This document shows, piece after piece, positions 41,206-50,870 of a DNA stretch of 64,000 bases. The number at the start of each line of letters is the position of its first letter. The first letter of the stretch is position 1. Made by a program: the position numbers and the translations under genes. Source of the stretch: Lama glama (lineage: Eukaryota); contig CM052817.1 of assembly GCA_028534125.1 (NCBI GenBank), positions 90,584,001-90,648,000 on the forward strand. Reading direction: 5' to 3'. The notes under the pieces were generated by a model. The model did not search any database. It saw nothing but the letters and a program-made list of their open reading frames with translations, and was not told where the DNA came from.

Positions 41206-42875
41206 GAGGCAGCTCTCTTGGGATTCAAGTAACATTTGATTATGAGCTACTTGAGAACAGAAATTGCGGCTTATTCCACATTAGATCTCTTTAACTGGCC
41301 ATACACCATTCAGTAACAGTTTTTGGAATGAATGAATAAATGAATGAGCACTGTATTGGTGCTACTATTGCAATTGGAGCAATCATGTTTATCATACTGC
41401 TAAGCAATTAGCCAAAGCACGGCTAATTAGCCAATACAATTAGCCAATACGGGGCTGAAGAGGGACTCAAGTCCAGCTGCATCAGGCTCCAAAGCCTGCC
41501 TTCCTGACCAGCCAGCACTCTATCTAAGTAAGTAAGTAGTACACTCACTGGAATGCTGAGTATGTTGTATTCAAAATATTGAAACCTTAATTTTTCGGTC
41601 ATTTGTTCAAAAAGAATTTAATATCTTACAATTAGGGCACTAAAGTAAGCAGTAGAGGGGTCACAAAAAGTGTGACACTTGGTCATATATGCTTGAAATG
41701 CTTGCAGTTTTAACAGGGAAACAGAGCACAGATGCCTGAAATATTAAGGAGACTACAGGACATCATGTTAAATGTCAAATGAGAAACAGAGACTGCATTT
41801 TTCAGAAGAATTAAGAGAGCAAAGAAATACCATAAACCAGAGTGAACAGGAAATTAACTGTGGAAAAGACAGAATTTAAGTTGACCTTTGAAGAGTAATA
41901 TTCAGATTATCAGCAAAGAGTGGAAGGCACATCCCTGGCAAATTCTGGATGTTAGAAAAGGAACAAAAGACTTCCTTATCATTATTTTGTTACAGCAAGT
42001 TTTACGCATTGCAGAATTGTTTAAAATGAGCACAGACCTAACAAAGAAGTAAACGCTGCTCTCAGCTCTCCACTGAAAAAGGGACTCCTAGGACTATAAA
42101 AATCAAGATTAGTGTTAAGTCCACACTTATGAGCTCTGCATTCGCCACTTAGCCACACAGGACAGGATAAAAGCTCACAGGAGCTCTCAGCTGTGTATGT
42201 CTGATAAGTTTGCAGGAAGAGCAAGGTTCTCCAGTTACTTCTGCTAAACTTTGCCGTCACAATGTGCGAGTCACGTTTCAGGGGAGTAGTCTGCCTCAAG
42301 GAGCTGTGATACTCTCAACTTCTCATGTGATGTCATAAGTTTCCCACAAAGTTGGAGGAAATTTGCTATTCAGAATGACTTAGCATTATTCGGTTTGATT
42401 TTAAAACGAGATAATCAGGAAGAGGAACACATTCTTAAAACAATAAAATCAAAAAAGCTTTCCGCAATGGTAGTTCACTGATTTGTTTAACATGAGGATA
42501 TGAGTCATTTATGACAAGTGAAATTTTGTTTCTTTGGAGAGTATAGAACTTGGCAACTTACTCAGCTGTTAAGAACAGAAGTTTCCTAGTCACGAAACTG
42601 AGTAAACTAAAATAACTTCATGGCATAACCTCCAAGAAGGAAAAATGCCAGTTTGTAGCATAATGTTTAATATTGTCTAATCACGATTTATAATCAAACA
42701 GAAGGTCTGACTCATCAAGGTAGATTTTGATGTTTCATCTCCTTTTCAGGTCAACATCCTTCCTGAAAATGTCATAGAGAATAACTGAGTATTAAAGAAA
42801 AGCAGCTGCTCTGAAACTTTGGCATGGCTGGCAAACTACTACTAGTGGCAAAACGCATTAAAAACATTGAGTAGC

Positions 42876-42932
42876 TTACTAGCCAGAAAGAGAAAGAAAA
42901 ATACCATATGAGATCGCTCATATGTGGAATCT

Positions 42933-42963
<31 letters not shown>

Positions 42964-43268
42964 ACATAAATACAAAACAGAAATAAACTCACAGACATAG
43001 AATACAAACTTGTGGTTGTCAAGGTGGTGGGGGGTGGGAAGAGACAGACTGGGATTTCAGAAATGTAGAATAGATAAACAAGGTTATACTGTATAGCACA
43101 GGGAAATATATACAAGATCTTACGGTAGCTCACAGAGGAAAAAAATGTGACAATGAATACATACATGTTCATGTGTAACTGAAAAATTGTGCTCTACACT
43201 GGAATTTGACACAACATTGTAAAACGATAATAAATCAATAAAAAATGTTAAAAAATGGATGAATGGCA
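42876..43268 (+). mobile_element. Young L1 3' end
   Basis: AGCCAGAAAGAGAAAGAAAAATACCATATGAG...AATCAATAAAAAATG. TSD AAAAA(C/A)ATTGAGTAGC at 42860-42875 and 43269-43284. Confidence 0.9.
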
Positions 43269-43280
43269 AAAAAAATTGAG

Positions 43281-43454
43281 TAGCACAGGGAAATACATTT
43301 AATCTCTTGTAATAACATGTAATGGAAAAGAATCTGAAAAGAATATATATATACACATATATATGTATGTATATCTGAATCACTTTGCTGTACACCTGAA
43401 GCTAACATTATAAAGCAACTACACTTCAATAAAACATTTTTTTAAAAATTGGAA
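43281..43454 (+). mobile_element. Older L1 3' end
   Basis: TAGCACAGGGAAATAC...CTACACTTCAATAAA, flanked by AAAAAAATTGAG at 43269-43280 and 43455-43466. Confidence 0.85.
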
Positions 43455-43629
43455 AAAAAAATTGAGAAAGGTGTTTCATCACAGATTTCATGTCCTGAAG
43501 TAGCCATGTTTACCACGTAGTCCCATGACATGCACATTTCTAATTACTTTAAAAAATCAAGATAATTCAAGAAAGGGAATAACAAAAAGGTTTATTTTTT
43601 CCTTAATTCTTTTCTATCTAGGATCTTAC

Positions 43630-43756
43630 CGTATTATGAGCAGTTCCACCCAGACTCGCACAAAAGCTGGTAATGGGCCAAAGACTTCCAGGATATATGT
43701 GTAATGACCGCCAGATTTCTTTATACTGGTTCCCAATTCAGCATAGGACAAGGCTC
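43630..43756 (-). CDS. SLC7A11: SLC7A11 exon 2 (127 nt)
   Basis: Acceptor acag|GA, donor CG|gtaaga. Encodes [43 protein letters not shown]. Confidence 0.99.
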
Positions 43757-44849
43757 CTGTGAAACATTTATAATGAAAAGGTGCAAAGTTAAAATATCAC
43801 CAAGTCATCCAGCAGTAGAATGGATACAGCAATGTTTATGTTGCATGAGATGTTATTACATTCTTTGGTCTGAATGACATCACTTTTTCAAAATAAATAA
43901 CTGTCATCCAATTCCTAAGAGCCTCCGAATTCCTCTTGTAACTTCCTCGTATTTGAGATCTAGTTAATTCTAGTCAAACAATGTAATTTTACTTGAAATG
44001 GTAAAGACAAACTTTAAAAACAATATATTTCTGAGAATTTTGAATCTCAACCTTAAGAACAAGGGACTAAGAAAAAAAGAGAAAATAGATGCTAATCCTT
44101 ATTTTTCAAAGAACATAACTTCTCATCATGGAATTATCCTAAATTGACCTCATTATCATTATATTGAGAATCCTTTTAATAAATGATATTTCTGTGGCAT
44201 ACCAGAATAAGTAAGATTTATCTGCTCTCCCAGAAAAGCATGGACTCAAGGCCTTGCAAGGCTTCATGTCATTTTTAGGATATGTTTTGTTTGTCAACAA
44301 AATGAATTTTGACTCAGATATTCTATTTTTAGGAAAGTTTTTCTTGGATGTCTTTCAAGTATACACTCTGGGCGGTTGAAACAACATACTTTTTAAAAAG
44401 GGGTGCTATAACATTTATGTACATTAAGTAAAATGAATTATAAACCAAATTTTAACATGTAGCAATAAAACTCACATGGACTTGCACAAGTTATGTAACT
44501 TACCCAAACCTCAGTTTTATCCTCTGTAAAATAAAGATCTCAACCGTCATCTTATAAGGGGTTTGTGTGTATAAATGTGCAAATGGGTGTCAAGGACAGC
44601 ACTGGGAGTGACACACAGAAAGCACCTCATGAAATACAGTTGCATCTACTCATTTAAGCAATTAATTCTCTAGAAAATGAAAAAATATATCTTGATATTA
44701 TGTGAAAAGTTCTATCCACGCTGCTAAGTACCCAAAGGTAAGGTGTAACTTTTACCTGAATTACTCTGGAGATGAAAAGTATAGGAAAGTATTACTACTC
44801 AGTAAAGCTTCAGGTAGACCTCTCCAACGTGAATATAATTTAGATAATC

Positions 44850-45092
44850 AGCAAAATCTTAGTGTCACTTATCCTATTCCTGAACCTACCAGTGTATCAG
44901 AGTCACCTGGGAAAATTTTTTTTATTTAAAAACAAACAGAAAACAAATGCTAAGACCATACCCCAGACCTACTCTCTAACCAAGAGAAGCCAGACTCTCC
45001 CATAGAAGCATTCAAGAAAACCTGTGATTTTAAAATTCACACAACTAATTCTAAAGTAACTAGTCTACATATTGATATTTGGGGATCACTGA
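44850..45092. mobile_element. MER5-like DNA transposon fragment
   Basis: ATCAGAGTCACCTGGG...ACCCCAGACCTACT...TTTGGGGATCACTG. Confidence 0.55.
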
Positions 45093-45723
45093 TACAGTTT
45101 GTATGTTTATAACTGATTGTAACTAGTTGCAGTTCACTCTCTGCTGGAAACCATTCGCCATGCTAGTTGACTGTACAGAAAAGCATCTAATACAAAATAT
45201 TATTGGAAAGAGTCTTAACTACCTCAGAATTTATCGCCAGAGAATCAATCCCTAGTCCTGTGTATACTTTGCTGAAACTCCAGGATGGTTATCCCCGGTT
45301 TAAATTGAGTTCTGGACAAATGAAATTTTCATTTAAAGGTCTCAAGCTCCATAACCACTTTCCCCAGATGAAAAAACTTCAAAACAGGATGTAAAAATCC
45401 ACGTATTAACCCTGGCTTTAAAATAGGTTGTAAACCAAATATATAAATTTTTTATTTTTAGTTCCTGAATTCTAGAGTTTTAAGATGACGATATTTTTTT
45501 TCTCTTCTATTTTGCTTTGCTTCCTGTTAGGAATGCACTCCTGTCAAAAGTTCCCAGTAACTTAAAAGACAAGTGCAATGAAAATATAGATAAGTACATT
45601 AGTTCAGGAACACACTCCCTATAATTAGTAATCAAAGAATACCAACTCAGTGTAAGTTTAGCTAGTCCCGTTAGCTTTTTTGTTAACTTCTTGAGATAAT
45701 ATAAATATGCAAAAGTATATTTT

Positions 45724-46258
45724 TGCGGGGAGCCGCTCGTGACGGAGGGCTGCCGAGCACAAAACTTGGGCGTAAAACCCCAAAGTGCAGGGCGCCAGGC
45801 TCTGAGATTGAGGCTGCCGAGCACAAAGGTTGGGCCTAAACTCCCACAGTGCGGGGCGCCCGGCTCAAAGGTCAATTGAGTTAGAACAATCTCTGTCCCG
45901 CCACCTCTTTTACTAAAGAATNNNNNNNNNNNNNNNNNNNNNNNNNNNNNNNNNNNNNNNNNNNNNNNNNNNNNNNNNNNNNNNNNNNNNNNNNNNNNNN
46001 NNNNNNNNNNNNNNNNNNNNNTGAGGTTAGGCTTTATTGCCTACGTGCAGGAATGTATGAGCTAATGGGTTAAAATCATATAAAAGAACCACCTGAAATA
46101 AACTCGTCGTCCACTCTTGACCTAGCATCTTGCGGGCTAGAGTGAGACCCTCTCAACCCCAACTTTTCTTGTCTTGCTGTCTCTTTGTTACGTCTTTCCT
46201 TTTCTCAGTCCTGCAGCACAGGTTTCTGGACCTGATCGATTGTCGGCTGGCTCCGACA
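45724..46258 (+). mobile_element. Young class II (betaretrovirus/ERVK-like) LTR or provirus in intron 1, interrupted by an assembly gap
   Basis: TG...CA termini. Perfect 6-bp TSD TATTTT (45718-45723 / 46259-46264). CpG-rich. TATAAAA at 46079-46085 followed closely by AATAAA at 46097-46102. U3 carries a direct repeat. Confidence 0.85.
45922..46021. other. Assembly gap (100 N)
   Basis: Exactly 100 N, the usual placeholder for a gap of unknown size. Confidence 0.99.
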
Positions 46259-47827
46259 TATTTTCATAGTACAAATCTGCATCACTTTAGCTTAATGCTC
46301 AGAGCCATTCACTTTATTATGTATGAATAACCATTTATTGTGTACAAAAGTGGAATCACATAGTGGGGGGGTGCCTGCACATAGTATGCAAAATCCAGGA
46401 AACTGATAAAGATTTCTCCTAGTAGATATTGACTTATTCTGAGTATACCAAGTGTTGTGGACAATTAAAGGCTGAGGGTGCACAGAGTCATTAAAGAAGA
46501 TCAACAGTTAAGTTTCTCTTTGTCTATAAACGTGCACACCACACCATATGAATACCACTAACTCTTTGTAAACACTTAAAAATAGAGTAGATATTTCTAT
46601 AAAAACTAAGCCTTTGTTTCAACAAGTTTGATTTAAAATACCTTCTTCCTATTAATAGGAAGTTTTCTAGATGAATGCTCAAACCAATGCATTAAAACAT
46701 GGCAAGGCCTTAAGAATAAATGAGTTGGTATATGTAGGACCAAAAGTTAGTACTTGGTCCTGGAGTTAGGACAAAGACTTAGTAACTTTAATGTCCAATA
46801 TCTTTTGGAATCAAAGCACACTATTTGCCAAAGAAGAGCAAATATATCTCAGACATTTTTCACATAGCATAAATAAAATTTAATTTTCTTGACCATTCAC
46901 CAGTTTTTGTCACCTTCACAACTAAATCAGGTAGCTTTCTGGTAATTTGCCCACCTCATGAGGGGGCATTTGTTACCTCTTTACTATAGAGGAGATCTAG
47001 ATTTTGAAGAAAAATTAAGAATCATACTTCTTCTACCAGTTCTGTTGAGACTAACTCAGTGAACAGGTGGACAGATTGTCTGTGTCTCTGGAGGCCAAGT
47101 GAACTCTTAATGAAGAAAACAGACCTGGGCAAACACAGCAAACGAACACCTAATTCCAGTTTTGCAGTTTAGATTGTGAAAGTTTAGAGGTACTGGGGAG
47201 AGATCAAAGGTTGAAAAAAATGTAAAATATGCTCAGACACTTGCACTATTGTCACTTAGGACAGAGATTAAATTATATGCCATCACACTTCTTTCCACGT
47301 CAGGGACTTTTCAAGGAATATCAGGAATTGACAAGCACACAAAGTTAAAAAATTAAAAAGGAAAAGACTGCTACCCGTTTGTTTTGCCAAATAAAAAGTC
47401 AGTAAAAACTTCTGCTGAACACTCAGTTCTGTGTCTAAATAGGCCACACCGGGTTTCACTTCACAGGTGTTTCATTCAGCATGCCAGCTGCCAAGATGCC
47501 CCAAACAGACGTAACTGAGCACAAGTGCCTGGGACAGAAAGCTTGGTGTATTTTACTGGGTCATCAAAGTTAGCTTTGGTGCTCACGGCCACAGGGAAAA
47601 GTCAGACGATAATCTGTCTTAGGAAAAGAGAGCACAGCCTACAGGAAGCAATTTCAGGGAATTCAGGATTCTGCCAACAGTGGACACTGCGTTTGTATAG
47701 TTCACATATCTCACCAAAAATCCGAAAACTGAGGGTACCCTTTGCCATTCATTCCCTCCTGAGAAATTCCCTTCTGCTCTCCCAGAGAGCAAACAGACAC
47801 ACCCCCAGAGAAGCAGCTGCAACTCAC

Positions 47828-48104
47828 CAAACAGTGACAGGACCCCACAGACCGTCCAGATAACCAGAGACAAGCCCACGCTGCCCGTGTTCTGGAGGAT
47901 GCCCTTGGGAGAGATGAAGATTCCTGCTCCAATGATGGTGCCGATGATGATGGAGATTCCTCTCAAGAGAGTGATTTTCTTCTTGAGCACAACTCTCTCC
48001 TGCCCAGGTGGCTCCTTGCTGCCCAGGGAAGGCAGCCTCCCATGAACATTCCCCTGCAGGTAACCTCCATTGGAGATGGTGGACACAACGGGCTTTCTGA
48101 CCAT
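47828..48104 (-). CDS. SLC7A11: SLC7A11 exon 1 coding part (277 nt)
   Basis: ATG at 48104 in strong context (GCAATGG). Encodes [28 protein letters not shown]...[14 protein letters not shown]...CGVLSLF(G). Donor TTTG|gtgagt at 47828/47827. Confidence 0.99.
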
Positions 48105-48287
48105 TGCAGGGACCCACGTGTGGGGAAAAAGGAAACAGAGGGAAAAAAATAAAACCCACAAACTTTCAACTTGGATGCCTCTTGGTGTGACTGATCGATC
48201 TCCTCCTGTTTGCTTTCGGATTCTTTCTCAGTGCTAGTGTGCTCACAGGTAAGACTCTAAGGTGTATTTTCGCCTTCAGCAATCTAA

Positions 48288-48320
48288 TTACTCCTTAGGA
48301 ACACGTGTGCGTTCGTTCAT
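48288..48320 (-). other. uORF2 (MNERTRVPKE*)
   Basis: GCACCATGA context (A at -3). ATG at 48320, TAA at 48290-48288. Confidence 0.6.
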
Positions 48321-48346
48321 GGTGCTCGGGTCCCCCACCTCCCCGA

Positions 48347-48385
48347 CTACCTCTGCTGCGGCGGCTGCGGCAGCTGCCCTATCAT
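48347..48385 (-). other. uORF1 (MIGQLPQPPQQR*)
   Basis: ATG at 48385 and in-frame TAG at 48349-48347. Very close to the inferred cap. Confidence 0.5.
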
Positions 48386-48416
48386 TACAGACCAGCTCAG
48401 CTTCCTCGTGGGCTGG

Positions 48417-48423
48417 TATTTAA
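48417..48423 (-). promoter_or_regulatory. TATA-like box (TTAAATA)
   Basis: Minus strand GCTTAAATACC, about 25-30 bp upstream of the inferred TSS. Confidence 0.65.
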
Positions 48424-48461
48424 GCTCCTGCCTGTCACACCAACTTACTCTAGCTAGATGA

Positions 48462-48488
48462 TGATGCAAATTCTCCAGGTTTGCATCA
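48462..48488. promoter_or_regulatory. Paired inverted amino-acid response elements (C/EBP-ATF, ATF4 sites)
   Basis: TGATGCAAA (48462-48470), 9-bp spacer, TTTGCATCA (48480-48488). This matches the known xCT promoter architecture of two opposed AAREs. Confidence 0.93.
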
Positions 48489-48507
48489 GCCACATGAGAA
48501 GTCTCCA

Positions 48508-48519
48508 GCATTACTCAGC
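48508..48519 (+). promoter_or_regulatory. ARE/EpRE-like (NRF2-sMAF/AP-1) element
   Basis: GCATTACTCAGC. TTACTCAGC is one mismatch from TGACTCAGC, and it lies ~20 bp upstream of the AARE pair in a known NRF2 target gene. Confidence 0.55.
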
Positions 48520-48561
48520 TCTTTTTTTTTTCCTTTCTTCTTCTTCTTTTTTTTTTTTTTT
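48520..48561. repeat. Polypyrimidine/T tract in the proximal promoter
   Basis: T10-CC-(TTC)n-T15 directly upstream of the ARE/AARE cluster. Confidence 0.9.
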
Positions 48562-50607
48562 AACACTAGCAGCAAGTTGCTCAACTGGCCAAAGCTTTCA
48601 GAGAACAAAGCACACACTTAAGAGGGATCTTAACCAATCCAGAAGGAGTAAATTCGGAACAGACCTTCCCAGAGATTTAAAGCAACTCCTAGTGAGGGAA
48701 AAAGTGCTTCACTCGAAAAGAAAATGAAAAATGAAACAGGAAATGATCACTGCGTTGTGCGGAGTTTCTTTTTATCTTTAACTGAAGTATAAAACCATTT
48801 CCACAAAATTGTTTTGATCATAGAAAGTTACCCAAAGCTGCATTGTTTATAACAACAAAATTTAGATTTCATAATGCTTCTTGCTTATTTGAATTTCTTT
48901 TTACTTTGGGTTTCCTAGCAACAGCCAAATCTAATATTTGCAAAGCTAGAATGATTCTGTATAGCTGCTATCATGCATATAACAATTGTGAGCCTTACAT
49001 AACATTAAAGACAAAAATTATTTCTTACTACCTATAATAAACCAATACTTAAAATCACCATCTGAGTGTGACTACTTCAAAAATTAGTGACTCCAGAAAA
49101 TAGTCATTTTCTGATTCTCATTAGCACAAGATAATCTCCTAAACTAAGAGATATACTCTCTATTTACATTTTGTTCCATCAAATGACCAAAAAAATCTAA
49201 TTTCAAAATTAAGCAATGTTTACCATGGCATAGAAGTATGCATATAACAAAGGCTTGAAAAGGGATACTCAGAATAAAATTGTGGACGTTGATCATGTTA
49301 CATATGATTTTTTTCTAACGTGCATCAACTATCATTTCATTATAATTATAAATTTAAAATGAATTAGAAATATAAGATAAGATTAAAATAGTTACTTTAA
49401 AATAGTAGGAAAACCAAACATTCTTCAACTCTATTAGCTTTCTTAATCAAGTGCCCATAAAACAAATACCAAAAGAAAAGAAATCCTGGATATCATTTTT
49501 GGCTGTGGTTATAGGTGGTTTTGGATTCAGTGAGATTTGGATGTTATCATTACCCTGAAGCTATGTTTACAAACACTATTAAGTATGCTTCTAAACATCT
49601 AAGCAAAAACAACAGGCAGAAAAACTTGTGCATGAGAGGTGAGGATGAGAGGGAGGGGTCAGGATGATACAAGAAACAGCCAGAAAGTAGCACGGAGAAG
49701 TTCAGAACATTTTCTGTTGTGTTAGCACCTGAGAAAATTACACCACATCAATGTTCCAGCATCCAAATAACTAAGACTACATCATTTCCTTTCTGTATTA
49801 TCTACCTAAACTCTACATAATCTGCTTTGGGTATACCAAGTTGGGGTGTTTTTTAAGTTAAAATAAATACTTTTTCCCAGCTGCATGTCTTTCAAAAAAT
49901 AAAAATAGGTAGTTTTCCTCAATCTTATTGAAACTCCTAAAAGAAGGAAGCTAAAGAAAGATTCTCATACTTCTCTTCTTCCTCCATGTCCTTCATTCAC
50001 ACAATTCTCCTGATTAATACACATATTGAAGAGAGGAAAAGTGTACAAGGAATAGCCCCTACTCCTTAAAAGCATTTCATGAAAGAAAGAGATATGCTAT
50101 ATTGTGGTAGCTTCCCTTTTCTGGTAATCATTCCTGTCTCATGATTATAAATATGGGCATATAATGAATGACCTGGCCAAAACAAATCACCTCCCCAGCT
50201 GCAGGGCATAGGAATGTGGCCTGAACCGGGATATTTCTAAACAGAATTAGATTTATCTTTTTTTCATCTGTTGGAAGTTGTAAAGATGTGACCCCAGAAC
50301 AACTGGGGGTCATGTTCCCAGCCATATTGAGAAAATCCTCATAAAATAAGACTATACAAAGAGAGATACATAGAAAGTGCCAGCATCATCATGCCCTGTT
50401 TTAGCTCCTTAGGAACCCAGACTGGCTCTGGCTCCCCAAGGTCTTCCTTTAATTCTATAAGCTACCTAGCGTCCTTACTTCGTGTGCTACTTCATGCTAC
50501 CACCCCCGCCTCTACCCGCAAACACAACTGCACATGGATAGCACGGTTAAATGTAAATGGCATGTCATTAGAGCTTCTGAACTGAGTTCATATGACATAT
50601 GACATAT

Positions 50608-50870
50608 GACAGCCATTAGACACATGTGGTTATCAGCACTTGAAATGTGGCCAGTCCAAACTGGGATGTGCTGTAAGTGTAAAATATCCACTGGAATTTG
50701 AAATCTTATTTAAAAACAAAAAACAAAATATATCTCCTTAATAATATTGTTATTCATATTAATTTCTCCAGTTTCATTATATTTTTCACGTGGCTACTTA
50801 AAAAATAATTTATATATGTGTTTCAAAGTTGTGGCTCCCATTATGTTCCTAATAAACAATGTTGATCTAG
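50608..50870. mobile_element. MER3/MER33-like hAT-Charlie element
   Basis: AGCCATTAGACACATGTGG...CACTTGAAATGTGGCCAGT...GTGCTGTAAGTGTAAAATA. Confidence 0.75.

Larger units (their letters stand above)
1..48393 (-). other. SLC7A11: SLC7A11 transcription unit, 5' part (exon 1 to intron 6; continues beyond coordinate 1)
   Basis: Six spliced exons translate contiguously to xCT residues 1-263. No exon 7 sequence (TIPLAICISM...) was found in 1-20518. Confidence 0.95.
48105..48393 (-). other. SLC7A11: SLC7A11 5'UTR (TSS near 48393)
   Basis: Minus strand begins GGTCTGTAATGATAGGGCAGC, resembling my recollection of the human mRNA 5' end. It starts about 25-30 nt downstream of a TATA-like element. The exact TSS is inferred. 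Confidence 0.75.

Noticed and set aside
45748..45866. Direct repeats as a CRISPR-like array
   Set aside because: Only two imperfect units inside a mammalian LTR, with no spacers or cas genes.
45507..45875. 122-aa ORF as a retroviral gene
   Set aside because: It runs antisense across the LTR/flank junction and has no gag, pol, env or sag motifs.
47619..48161. 180-aa ORF as a standalone gene or N-extended xCT
   Set aside because: It is exon 1 plus intron read-through. The upstream start is a GTG in weak context, and the true ATG is at 48104.
47525..48169. Overlapping ORFs of 68-112 aa in other frames or on the other strand
   Set aside because: Shadows of the GC-richer exon 1, with no recognisable protein.
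50589..50610. (CATATGA)3 short tandem repeat
   Set aside because: A simple slippage repeat at a repeat-element junction, with no evidence of function.
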